Below are positions 39,747 to 48,324 of a stretch of 64,000 nt of DNA, piece after piece. Under the pieces are notes generated by a model. It did not search any database, was not told the DNA's origin, and saw nothing but the letters and a program-made list of their open reading frames with translations. Each line of letters begins with the position of its first letter. Position 1 is the stretch's first letter. Source of the DNA: Methylococcaceae bacterium (lineage in GTDB: Bacteria > Pseudomonadota > Gammaproteobacteria > Methylococcales > Methylomonadaceae); NCBI GenBank assembly GCA_044426515.1, contig JAUGSS010000062.1, positions 5,523-69,522 on the forward strand, given 5' to 3'. A program made the translations under genes and the position numbers.

Positions 39747-40653
39747 ACGGATTCTTCTCCACCAATTGGCGCAAGGCCTTTTCGATCATGGCCAAATCCG
39801 AGCCCCAAGGCACCACCGTCAAGTTATCCTGCTGTTCAAAATCATACTCAAGCAAGCAGCATTTCAGGATGGTCGGTTTTCCGTCGGGCTTGAACAACTT
39901 GCGAGGACACATTTCCACGCGGGGCGGTTCATCTCCGTAATAGTGGCGATGAAATTGCAAACTGCGCTCGCACCCGAGCAAGGTCCAGTTTTGCCGTTGT
40001 TTCGGCCGTTCATCAAGAAAATGAACCGGCGCGCTCAAATCCGTCAGCCCTCCCGAACGGCAGGGCACCAAATAAGCTTCGGGGCTGACCGTAGCGGCAA
40101 GATCGCGTAAATCGATCGTCTCCAATTCCAGCAGGATGGGCGGCAAATCGGCATAACTTAATACTTGTTCAATCAGGTGATAAAGCTTGGGCGGTTCCGG
40201 CGGAATGACTTCAATCACGCGCAAAACCAAGGGCTTGGGACGGTGAATAATATTGATATGATCAAACGTACCGGCCACTATCGCGGTCTGGTTGGCAGAA
40301 ACGTGATGCTTGACGGCTAATTGAGCCAATGCGGATCGGTTGGCCGGATCGGTAGCGGGATCGGTAATAAACACGCATTCATCGGGAAGCGCCAAGACTT
40401 CCACTTTATCCACCGGACTGAATAAAGTTTCGGAAGTTGTGCGCTGCACGGCGGCCACCGCATACTCATGATGCGAATTATGTAAAATGATAATGTCGGT
40501 GCGCCGATAGACTTCCCGGTCCATCAGGTACTGCGTTATCACGTCGGCATCCATTTCGCCTTCATACGGTTGGAAACTGACGCAACGGTACGGCAAAGGC
40601 ACGAAGTTAAGCTGCTGCTTTAAAGTTCCGACCTGTAGAATTTGGCCATTCAT
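39739..40653 (-). CDS. hypothetical Cys-rich protein; positional XcbA candidate
   Basis: 304 aa overlapping the comA start; YLVPCR, LGCERS, MCPR, KCCLLE. Confidence 0.7.
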   Translation of the reverse strand: MNGQILQVGTLKQQLNFVPLPYRCVSFQPYEGEMDADVITQYLMDREVYRRTDIIILHNSHHEYAVAAVQRTTSETLFSPVDKVEVLALPDECVFITDPATDPANRSALAQLAVKHHVSANQTAIVAGTFDHINIIHRPKPLVLRVIEVIPPEPPKLYHLIEQVLSYADLPPILLELETIDLRDLAATVSPEAYLVPCRSGGLTDLSAPVHFLDERPKQRQNWTLLGCERSLQFHRHYYGDEPPRVEMCPRKLFKPDGKPTILKCCLLEYDFEQQDNLTVVPWGSDLAMIEKALRQLVEKNPYV

Positions 40654-40656
40654 CGG

Positions 40657-41520
40657 TTATGCTCCGCTCAATTGAAAAAAGCGTCCGCGATCGGCGGGAC
40701 TGAGTTCCCGTTCATGGATTTTTAAAGGATCCAGGCGGCGGATAAACTCGATCATGTCGGGTTCAGGCAAAGCGGCTGTCGACAGGTTAGCGACAACATA
40801 CAGATCAAATTCCGTGCTTTCAGCAATCAATTCGACACTGGTATCCGGATAGACAGAGCGTAATTGCGCATGCCCGTCCTGATTAAAATCGAATACCCCT
40901 AAGTCGGTCACTATGCAATCCGGCCCAGCTCCGCGATAAGGCATGCTGGTACGCGGCAAGCCTTCCGAAGTGCGATGTCCTACACTGGTGATAAAATCGC
41001 AACGGTTAGCCAAGCGATAACGGCGGCGGCCGTTTTCGTCGGTATGGGTGCGATGTGCCGCTGTCCAGATAGTCACATGATCGGCATCGGCGGACAGATT
41101 ACAGCCGCCGCCTCCGCCGGGCAGTTTTAACGAAATCCGCTCATCGTTTCCCAAGCGGGTCACATTCATATTGCCCCAACGGTCAATTTGCAAACCCGAC
41201 AAAAACATCCGGCCTAATCGTCCGCTCGCGGCAAGATCAAAGAGTTCTTCAATCGTTAAATGACACTCGGCATCGCGGTTCATCGCGAAATCGTTGGTCG
41301 TTGGCGTTAAAAATGCCGGGGTCGGATTGATGCCATAGGTCGCACCGGCTACCAGCACCAGATTGGGCGCGTGATTGCGTTTCGCCAGGTGCAAAGCTAA
41401 CTGTACCAGCGGCGATCCGAAGCCGTGAAACGCTAAAATCCCGTCTTCTATCGACAGTGCGATTTGGTAAATCATCAATTCGCCGAGTGTACACGTCTGA
41501 ATCTTATTTATTTTATTCAT
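40657..41520 (-). CDS. family I CoA transferase beta subunit (GctB-like)
   Basis: FLSGLQIDRWGNMN, LPGGGGG, CDFITSVG, IVTDLGVFDF. Confidence 0.88.
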   Translation of the reverse strand: MNKINKIQTCTLGELMIYQIALSIEDGILAFHGFGSPLVQLALHLAKRNHAPNLVLVAGATYGINPTPAFLTPTTNDFAMNRDAECHLTIEELFDLAASGRLGRMFLSGLQIDRWGNMNVTRLGNDERISLKLPGGGGGCNLSADADHVTIWTAAHRTHTDENGRRRYRLANRCDFITSVGHRTSEGLPRTSMPYRGAGPDCIVTDLGVFDFNQDGHAQLRSVYPDTSVELIAESTEFDLYVVANLSTAALPEPDMIEFIRRLDPLKIHERELSPADRGRFFQLSGA

Positions 41521-42433
41521 AAAGTTGCATCCATTTTTCCATGCTCTGATCCCACTGTTCCAGAATAGTTAATCTGGTTTTGCCGCCAATGGCTTTTATA
41601 TAAGCCTCATGATCTTCGCAGCCGTAAACGAAAGGAGCCAGATAGTCTTTATGAAAACTGTCCGCGCCGTGTTTGGCGGCTTGGTAGTATGAGGCGGTAT
41701 GTTCCCGGTCATAGGCATAACGCGGGTAGCAGGAAGTCGGGTGAGCGCCGTAGGGAACTTCGCAAATGGCGGTGACATAAAAATACGGAATCGTTACGCC
41801 TTTTTTTGCCAATTCATCATGAGGGATTAAAGCTTCAACCGTAGCGATGACTTTTTTGGAAGCCTTGGCAAAAAGAATATCGGCCACCGGCGGCCCTTCA
41901 ATATGCAAATTGCCGTGCTCGTCGGCATAATGGGCATGAATAAGCGCGACATCGGGTTTCAGCGCAGGCACTAAAACCAGTTGTTCGCCGGTAAAAGGAC
42001 AGGTCATCGTTTTAAATTCAGGGTGCAGCTTAAGAAAATCCGTCCCTTGCACCGAGCGGATCGGCATAAAAGGCAAGCCTTGAATAGCCGCCCGAAGTTG
42101 CTGGACCAAGGAGTAACAGCAGTTATCTTCCACTTTCACTGCACCCGACTCACAGGCGCGACGGTAGTTGAGCGCCATGCCGAAATCTTGCTCAAAGCCG
42201 ACATAGGATTCGGCGCTGACGGCAACGCTTCCGGCACCGCACAGAAGGTCAACATCAATGCCATGTGCCGAGCCGACCAGTTTAAGGTCTTTAATGTTTT
42301 GCCGGATCAGTTCCCGCAACGCCGCCATCGGTTCGCGCCAGGACAAGCCGCCGCCAATCGCCAAACAATCGCCGTTTTGTATCTGTGCAACGAGTTCGGT
42401 TAATGAACATCGCTTATCGTTTTGTGCATACAT
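41513..42433 (-). CDS. family I CoA transferase alpha subunit (GctA-like)
   Basis: IQNGDCLAIGG, EPMAALRELIRQ, GLPFMP, PDVALIHA..ADEHGN, PYGAHPTSC. Confidence 0.88.
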   Translation of the reverse strand: MYAQNDKRCSLTELVAQIQNGDCLAIGGGLSWREPMAALRELIRQNIKDLKLVGSAHGIDVDLLCGAGSVAVSAESYVGFEQDFGMALNYRRACESGAVKVEDNCCYSLVQQLRAAIQGLPFMPIRSVQGTDFLKLHPEFKTMTCPFTGEQLVLVPALKPDVALIHAHYADEHGNLHIEGPPVADILFAKASKKVIATVEALIPHDELAKKGVTIPYFYVTAICEVPYGAHPTSCYPRYAYDREHTASYYQAAKHGADSFHKDYLAPFVYGCEDHEAYIKAIGGKTRLTILEQWDQSMEKWMQLYE

Positions 42434-42444
42434 ATGTTTTAGCC

Positions 42445-43215
42445 TTAAATAGCTGTCATCGCGCCGTCTACGGTAAATGCCGAACCGCAGACAAAACTGG
42501 CTTCGTCGGAAGCCAAAAACAACACCGCCGCGACGATTTCTTCGGATTTACCGAAGCGCCCGATCGGATATTTACTGAGCCGTAACTTCATCAACTGTTC
42601 GGATTCGTCAGTTCCGAGTATTTGCCGTCCCATGTCGGTATCGGCAATCATGCCTGGGCAAATGCAGTTGACACGTATACCCAGCTTTGAATAGTCAACC
42701 GCCATTTGTTTGGTCAAACCGATGACCGCGGCTTTGGACGTGCAATAAGCGGCCATATTCGGAATACCCACCATGCCGGCCACCGAGCCGAAGTTAACGA
42801 TGGTGCCGCCGCGTTGTTTCATCGCCGGCAATACGGACTTCGAACACAGATAGGTCCCGTTTAAATTGACTGCCATCACCTTATTCCAAACTTCGTGTTC
42901 AGTGGTTTCAACGGTACCGAAATCGGCAATACCGGCATTGTTAATCAAAATATCGAGCGTTCCGGAACAGTCTGCAATCAACCTGGAGAAGGTTTCGGCA
43001 ACTTCGAGAGGGTCGGAGACGTCAACTTGATAAGCGTTGACAACAATGCCATCGGCACGGAGCGCTTGGCTTGCATCGGATAATGCGGCCTCGTTAATGT
43101 CCAGGATCGTAAGCGAAGCCCCTTCCATGCCGAGACGCTTGGCTATGTCATAACCCATGCCGGTAGCGCCGCCGGTTATTACGGCCTGTTTTCCTTGAAA
43201 TCGGTTCGTCATCAT
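42445..43215 (-). CDS. xecE: 2-(S)-hydroxypropyl-CoM dehydrogenase-like SDR (XecE type)
   Basis: NNAGIADFG, IVNFGSVAGMVGIPNMAAYC..K, MGRQILG..RLSKYPIGRFG, DGAMTAI closely match recalled Xanthobacter S-HPCDH incl. the R-x-x-K sulfonate-binding pair; ATGA overlap with xecC. Confidence 0.8.
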   Translation of the reverse strand: MMTNRFQGKQAVITGGATGMGYDIAKRLGMEGASLTILDINEAALSDASQALRADGIVVNAYQVDVSDPLEVAETFSRLIADCSGTLDILINNAGIADFGTVETTEHEVWNKVMAVNLNGTYLCSKSVLPAMKQRGGTIVNFGSVAGMVGIPNMAAYCTSKAAVIGLTKQMAVDYSKLGIRVNCICPGMIADTDMGRQILGTDESEQLMKLRLSKYPIGRFGKSEEIVAAVLFLASDEASFVCGSAFTVDGAMTAI

Positions 43216-44777
43216 ATATCGTTGAAATGAATATCGCCGGCACGTAAACGGCACAATTGAATGAAATAACTCGGACTGATAAACAACTCGTCCATATCGG
43301 CTAAATCGTCTATCGTCAGCCCATTTTTAACCAGGTGATTGAGGTATTGAAAACCGTCTTTAGCGCCGTAACCGATATGGATAGCGCCTACTATTTTTCG
43401 TGTGTCGCCATCGATAATCAGCTTTTGAAAGCCCGACATTCGCGGCTTCGCCATCAAGTACAGCATCACTCGGTCGCCTGCCGGCAAGCCGACATCGAGA
43501 CCGTTGGGATTATCGGGCGGTAATTTCATGATTTTTACGTTGGCATAGCGTTGACGCGCTTGTGCTTCGCTTAGCCCTAGCCAACAGACTTCGTAATGCG
43601 TATGCATGAAATCGGGGTAATCGGCCGCTTTATACTCGCTCATTTGCCCCATGATATTTTTGGCTGCGCACACGCCTTCCTTCCTGGCTTTAAACATTTC
43701 CATCGGCGGCCCGGTCACGTCGCCGACGGCATAGACATTGGCTATCGAGGTTTGCATGCGCCGATTAACGTTGATGTAGCTTTTATCGTCCAATTCCAGG
43801 CCCAATGTTTGGGCGGCCTCTTCTGAATTGGCCTGTTCGCCAATCGCGATAAAAATAAAATCGGTATCGATATTGATGATGCCATCGGCAGTTTTTATCG
43901 AAACCGTCTTCACCTTGCCTTGTGCGTCTCCCTGAATAGCCGATAATTCCGCATTTTCCAGAAACTCCATGCCTTGCTCTTCCATCATAAGGATCGCGTA
44001 AGCACGGGATTCGGCATCTTTAAGCATCGGCATTGCTTGATGTCTGGCGACAATAATAGTGCGTCGACCGGTGGCATTAAAAAAGCAGCCGTATTCGATG
44101 GCCGTTTTGCCGCCGCCGACGACTACAGCCGTGTTGCCCGGCTCATAGTCCAATTTTTCAACCAGGCTCTGGGAATTAAATACGCCTTTTAACTGAATGC
44201 CCGGAACATTCGGTACTATCGGTTTCGCGCCCAGCGCCAGCACCAGGTTTTTGGCATGAAATTGACTGTCATTGACTTGTATTGTGTGGGCATTGATGAT
44301 CCTGGCTTCCGCATTCAATACGAATTCCAGGCCGAGCTGCTCTTTGCTTTGATAGTTCATCATTGCATGCGGGCCTGTCCTGCCGCTGCGAAACAGTTCA
44401 ACGATGCTTTTGATAGAAATTATTTTGTCGTTGAGATCTTGAAACCAGAGCTGGCCGGAAAAGGTGCGCTCCAGCATCAGTTGCGCCGCACAGTCTGAAA
44501 ACAGATGGTGAGGCACGCAGGCTTGATGGGGACAGGAGCCGCCCAGGAATGGCCAGCGATCGATAATCAGCACACGTCCGCCAAGCGCCCGCAAATAAGC
44601 CGCACCAAAGCGTCCTGCGGCACCGCCGCCCAGATAGATGGCGTCAAATTCGCGGTCGTCGTTCGGGTTTATGTTGAAAACAGGAGGACTACTGCCGGAT
44701 TCCAGCGCCCCGGCCACAAAGTCTTGCCATTTTGCGATAGTAAAGTAGTCTCCCCAAATATCCATTGCAGTAGCCAT
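43212..44777 (-). CDS. xecC: NADPH:2-ketopropyl-CoM oxidoreductase/carboxylase (2-KPCC) homolog
   Basis: GGGAAGRFG.AYLRA.GGR..IIDRWPFLGGSCPHQACVPHHLFSDCAA, GPHAMMNYQSKEQL, EYGCFFNATGR, PMEMFKARK, YPDFMHTHYEV, DMDELF...FIQL.RLRAG; near-continuous match to recalled Xanthobacter XecC. Confidence 0.92.
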   Translation of the reverse strand: MATAMDIWGDYFTIAKWQDFVAGALESGSSPPVFNINPNDDREFDAIYLGGGAAGRFGAAYLRALGGRVLIIDRWPFLGGSCPHQACVPHHLFSDCAAQLMLERTFSGQLWFQDLNDKIISIKSIVELFRSGRTGPHAMMNYQSKEQLGLEFVLNAEARIINAHTIQVNDSQFHAKNLVLALGAKPIVPNVPGIQLKGVFNSQSLVEKLDYEPGNTAVVVGGGKTAIEYGCFFNATGRRTIIVARHQAMPMLKDAESRAYAILMMEEQGMEFLENAELSAIQGDAQGKVKTVSIKTADGIINIDTDFIFIAIGEQANSEEAAQTLGLELDDKSYINVNRRMQTSIANVYAVGDVTGPPMEMFKARKEGVCAAKNIMGQMSEYKAADYPDFMHTHYEVCWLGLSEAQARQRYANVKIMKLPPDNPNGLDVGLPAGDRVMLYLMAKPRMSGFQKLIIDGDTRKIVGAIHIGYGAKDGFQYLNHLVKNGLTIDDLADMDELFISPSYFIQLCRLRAGDIHFNDI

Positions 44778-44784
44778 CTCGTGT

Positions 44785-44960
44785 TATAGAGTCCGAAGTT
44801 GATAACGCGACACAATGTTCCCCTTCCGACGTGAGAGGGCATACTATTGTTTCCACGCGCCATTAAGTTAAGCGTTGTAGGAGCTGGCCATGCCCGCGAT
44901 CAGGGCGTTACGCCTTAGTGATCGTAGGCCTTATGTCGAGGGCATGGCCCGGCTCCTACC
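44785..44960. repeat. REP/MITE-like composite element between etnE and xecC
   Basis: GTAGGAGCTGGCCATGCCC...GGGCATGGCCCGGCTCCTAC inverted pair; left end TATAGAGTCCGAAGT shared with 46268. Confidence 0.65.
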
Positions 44961-45005
44961 GGCAGCTTGGCTTTTTGCCCAGCCAACTTAAGCCCCAGTG
45001 CTCAT

Positions 45006-46109
45006 TCATTTCGCCAGTTCATCACGGACTATTTTTGCCCCCTCAACCATGGCATGCAGCTTGTCTTGGCAGATATAGCGTTGCAGCAGGATCAGCCCGC
45101 AGTCAGTGGTAACACCTAACTGTTCAGCAGGAACCACGGTCAGTAATTGACGAATTTTTGCCGCGACCTGTTCGGCGGTTTCGGTGACGGTGCTTTTGAC
45201 ATCGATAACGCCGGCCCAGAACATCATATTCTTGGGTATTGGATGAGTTTTGAGCAGTTCAAGCCCCGATTCGTCAAACGACATGCGGCCGATGCCTTCA
45301 ATGTTAAAGACATCGATTTTCGCCTCATAAGATTTAGGCACCACCGATGCTGTCGGGTTCGGACCTTTAGCGTTTTGGGCGCGTTTTGTCAGATCAAAAA
45401 CCTCACCGGCAGCGGCTGTCTCGTCGGGATAATAAGCCGGCGTACCGCCCCAATTACCCCAACAGATATGGCAAACAATCTTGGCGTTTTTAACGCCTTC
45501 AACGGCGCGGTTGAACGCTTCGATTGCCCAATCTTCATAAAAATAAGGCCAGGTAAATTCGTCAAACTGGATATAGTCAACACCCAATTCGTCAACCGCC
45601 AAAATATCTTCATTAATAGCCGCGGCAATGGCCATTGCTCGATCGCGGCTGTTAGCATAATGCAGGTCATTGGTGCATTGCGCTAACACCTGAATACCCG
45701 TGTATTGGACTTTGACCGGTTTATTCGTCGCCCGTTTGAGGGCACGGGCTTGCTCGACCATGATTTGTCCGCGGCGTTTTATTTCCTGCGTAACCGTCGC
45801 TGAATGCAGTCGGCTGTAGATCGGAAAACCGAGATGGCTGCCGGAAAGGTCATAGCCTAAACGATTAAAATAATAATAAAGTGCGGCGTCGGCATAGTTA
45901 TCGGCATGTAACCTTCCGTCCGCGATAATGTCCAGGCCGGCACTGACTTGATCGGTCACGATAGCCGCCATGGCGTCTTCCAGCGCCTCCCGCCACATGG
46001 CATCCGGCGGCTGCCGGTCACCCTTGAAATGTCTTGAAAATTCCGCATCCCACCATCTTGGATTGGGATAATTGCCGACCATACTTGTTGGAATCAGTAC
46101 CTTATTCAT
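45006..46109 (-). CDS. etnE: epoxyalkane:coenzyme M transferase (EtnE/XecA; MetE-II fold, Zn)
   Basis: GNYPNPRWWD, HLGFPIYSRLH, KPVKVQYTG, QFDEFTWPYF, Zn ligands H-x-C (CHICWGNWGGT) and TDCG, IDVKSTVTETA; adjacent to xecC/xecE. Confidence 0.9.
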   Translation of the reverse strand: MNKVLIPTSMVGNYPNPRWWDAEFSRHFKGDRQPPDAMWREALEDAMAAIVTDQVSAGLDIIADGRLHADNYADAALYYYFNRLGYDLSGSHLGFPIYSRLHSATVTQEIKRRGQIMVEQARALKRATNKPVKVQYTGIQVLAQCTNDLHYANSRDRAMAIAAAINEDILAVDELGVDYIQFDEFTWPYFYEDWAIEAFNRAVEGVKNAKIVCHICWGNWGGTPAYYPDETAAAGEVFDLTKRAQNAKGPNPTASVVPKSYEAKIDVFNIEGIGRMSFDESGLELLKTHPIPKNMMFWAGVIDVKSTVTETAEQVAAKIRQLLTVVPAEQLGVTTDCGLILLQRYICQDKLHAMVEGAKIVRDELAK

Positions 46110-46267
46110 GCTGCACCTCTTATTTCTAGTTATTGTTTTAAGTTTTAAGAATTATCAGTTGGTTTAATAAACCCATAAAACAAAGTTATTAAGAACACCT
46201 CCTTACAATTAATTGACTTGCGCTTTAAAGACTTGACCTAGATAAAGCGGCTATTTCATCGTATAAA

Positions 46268-46517
46268 TATAGAGTCCGAAGTGAATAAAGCGACATCGTT
46301 CTCACGCTCCGGCGCTCGTCTTTATACATAAATGTTCAAACATACCTCGTTCCCACGCGCTGCGTCCCGTATACGCAGACGTTGCCCGTGACTCGCGGCG
46401 TAGCGCGCCTTGACGGCATTCCCATTTATGCCCCAGAGGGTACGCAGCGCGTGGGAACGAGGGGGAAATAATATGTAGGGGCATTGCCCAAGGCAGGCAC
46501 AAGGCACTGTCCCTACA
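46268..46517. repeat. REP cluster upstream of etnE
   Basis: CTCGTTCCCACGCGCTGCGT...ACGCAGCGCGTGGGAACGAG inverted pair (46346-46461) and TGTAGGGGCA...TGTCCCTACA pair; TATAGAGTCCGAAGT end. Confidence 0.7.
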
Positions 46518-46558
46518 CTATCGTCCGTTAAAATGATTATTTCATCATATAAATAAAA

Positions 46559-46765
46559 TCATTTTCCGCTTATACCGCCGCAACAGGGGCAGCCTGCACC
46601 ATGGTTGTTTTCCAGCGGATGCGGATCGTCATAGACATAAGCCGGTTTGGCGTCATGACTGCCGCATTGGGAACACACCCATTCTTTGGGTTCTTGAGTA
46701 TTAGCCAAAACCAAGCTTTTAAATTGATGGTCGCATTTGTCGCATCGGATTAGATAAACCGGCAT
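46559..46765 (-). CDS. FmdB-family zinc-ribbon protein
   Basis: MPVY..RCDKCDHQF...CSQCGS; C-terminal GCPCCGG; GAGG RBS. Confidence 0.85.
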   Translation of the reverse strand: MPVYLIRCDKCDHQFKSLVLANTQEPKEWVCSQCGSHDAKPAYVYDDPHPLENNHGAGCPCCGGISGK

Positions 46766-46831
46766 TCGTTCAAGACCTCTACTGGATAACTTTTTCTGGG
46801 CCTATTAACATAGAACAAGTCTTTTGGCAAC

Positions 46832-48244
46832 TCAACGATTGTGCTTTTGCCAATGCCTTTCAAAAAGACTCTTTTCATCAATCGGCCTTGGCTGAATCGG
46901 CCTGGAAACCCAGGTGAGATTAATCATGTGCCGGGCATTGACGTTTTCCGTCGTTATATTCCCGCCCCAGGTACCGCAACTTAGGCTGAGCGTATAAGGC
47001 AATCCGTTTCGCGGGCTGCCCGCGCCTTCATTCAGGCTCTGGTTGACCATCACCCTGCCGGTCTTGGTTTGCATGGCCAAGGCCAGCGCATGGCCGTCGC
47101 TGGCCGTATGGATGCCGCAGGTGTGGCCATGCCCCTGATATTCCGTAATAGCGTTAACCTGGCTTATCGCATTGTTAATGTCGCCAACGTATTGATATAG
47201 CGATAGTACCGGCGACAGTTTTTCACCTGAAAAAGGATGCTGAGGCCCCACGCCGTTTTCCTCTACGACCAAACAACTGCAATCTTCCGGCACATTGAAG
47301 CCGGCTAAATTTGCGATAAAGGCCGGCGATTTTGCGATGACGTCAACGCTTGGAATATGGTTTTCAGGCGTCGGCCACATCAGCCGTTGCAATTTGTCTT
47401 TTTCATCCGCGTTACACAGATAAGCACCCAGTTTTTGCAGGCGTTCGGCTAAGCCGTGATAAATCGACTCATGAGCTACCACCGAATTATCGGCCAGACA
47501 ACTGGTCGCATAATCGAATTTCTTGGCCGTCACAATGGTATTGGCGGCATCATCCAGATCGGCCGTTTCATCGACCACATGAACCGAATTGCCAACGCCG
47601 ACGCCGTAAGCGGGCGTTCCGGAACTGTAAGCCGCTTTGACCATTGCAGCGCCGCCCGTCGCTACAATCAAGTCCGCTTGCTGCATCAATTTTTGGGTTT
47701 TCAACAGCGAAGGTTTTTCAATAACCTGGACCAGATCCGCCGGAGCTCCCACCTGTTCGCAGGCTTCGCGCATATACTTTACGGTGAGTTCGGTGGTAAG
47801 TTGCGTCCGGGGATGAGCGGCTACGATGATGGCATTGCGGCCTTTCAGGGCCAGCAGCGTTTTTAAAGGCGGGGTCGCGTCAGGGCCTGTCGTAGGAATA
47901 AGCGCGGCAATCACGCCGACCGGTTTGGCGATTTTAACTAAGCCTTTTTCGGGGATTTCTTCGACAATTCCGACCGTTTTTACTGCCTGCATATCGCGCA
48001 GGGTACCCATGCATCGGTTACGGATCTTGCTCACTTTATCGTTGTAATTGCCGAAACCGCCTTCATCGACCGCCAGTTTCGCTAATTCTTCCGCTCGATC
48101 CTGCCGGACGATAGCCCAGCATACGGCTGTTACCAGTTCATCGACTTGGTCTTGCGTGTAGTTGGCAATTGCTTTTTGGGCGCTACGCGCTTTTTGAACA
48201 TAAATAGCGATATCATCCAGTTCGGGTTTTGTATCTGCGCTCAT
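46832..48244 (-). CDS. CoA-acylating aldehyde dehydrogenase (SauS/AdhE-N-like)
   Basis: KPVGVIAALIPTT, ATGGAAMVKAAYSSGTPAYGVGVGN, ATSC, SGEKLSPVL, GHTCGIH, SLSCGTWGGNITTEN. Confidence 0.9.
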   Translation of the reverse strand: MSADTKPELDDIAIYVQKARSAQKAIANYTQDQVDELVTAVCWAIVRQDRAEELAKLAVDEGGFGNYNDKVSKIRNRCMGTLRDMQAVKTVGIVEEIPEKGLVKIAKPVGVIAALIPTTGPDATPPLKTLLALKGRNAIIVAAHPRTQLTTELTVKYMREACEQVGAPADLVQVIEKPSLLKTQKLMQQADLIVATGGAAMVKAAYSSGTPAYGVGVGNSVHVVDETADLDDAANTIVTAKKFDYATSCLADNSVVAHESIYHGLAERLQKLGAYLCNADEKDKLQRLMWPTPENHIPSVDVIAKSPAFIANLAGFNVPEDCSCLVVEENGVGPQHPFSGEKLSPVLSLYQYVGDINNAISQVNAITEYQGHGHTCGIHTASDGHALALAMQTKTGRVMVNQSLNEGAGSPRNGLPYTLSLSCGTWGGNITTENVNARHMINLTWVSRPIQPRPIDEKSLFERHWQKHNR

Positions 48245-48324
48245 AAATTATATTTATCCACGTTGTGTATGATGAATCTCATCAGCCAACCTGCATTTTT
48301 TGGCAGTTGGCGATTGTGTTGGCC

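Noticed and set aside
33285-46109. Housekeeping calls metE, argH, purB, dcyD/acdS and lpdA for cluster genes
   Set aside because: Catalytic signatures diverge (e.g. YTYLQ in place of YTHLQ; short MetE-II with EaCoMT-type NYPNPRW and WGNWGG), and linkage to comA and xecC points to CoM paralogs.
46233-46246. FNR-like box TTGAC-CTAG-ATAAA upstream of etnE
   Set aside because: Two mismatches in an AT-rich region and no clear correctly spaced -10; insufficient support.
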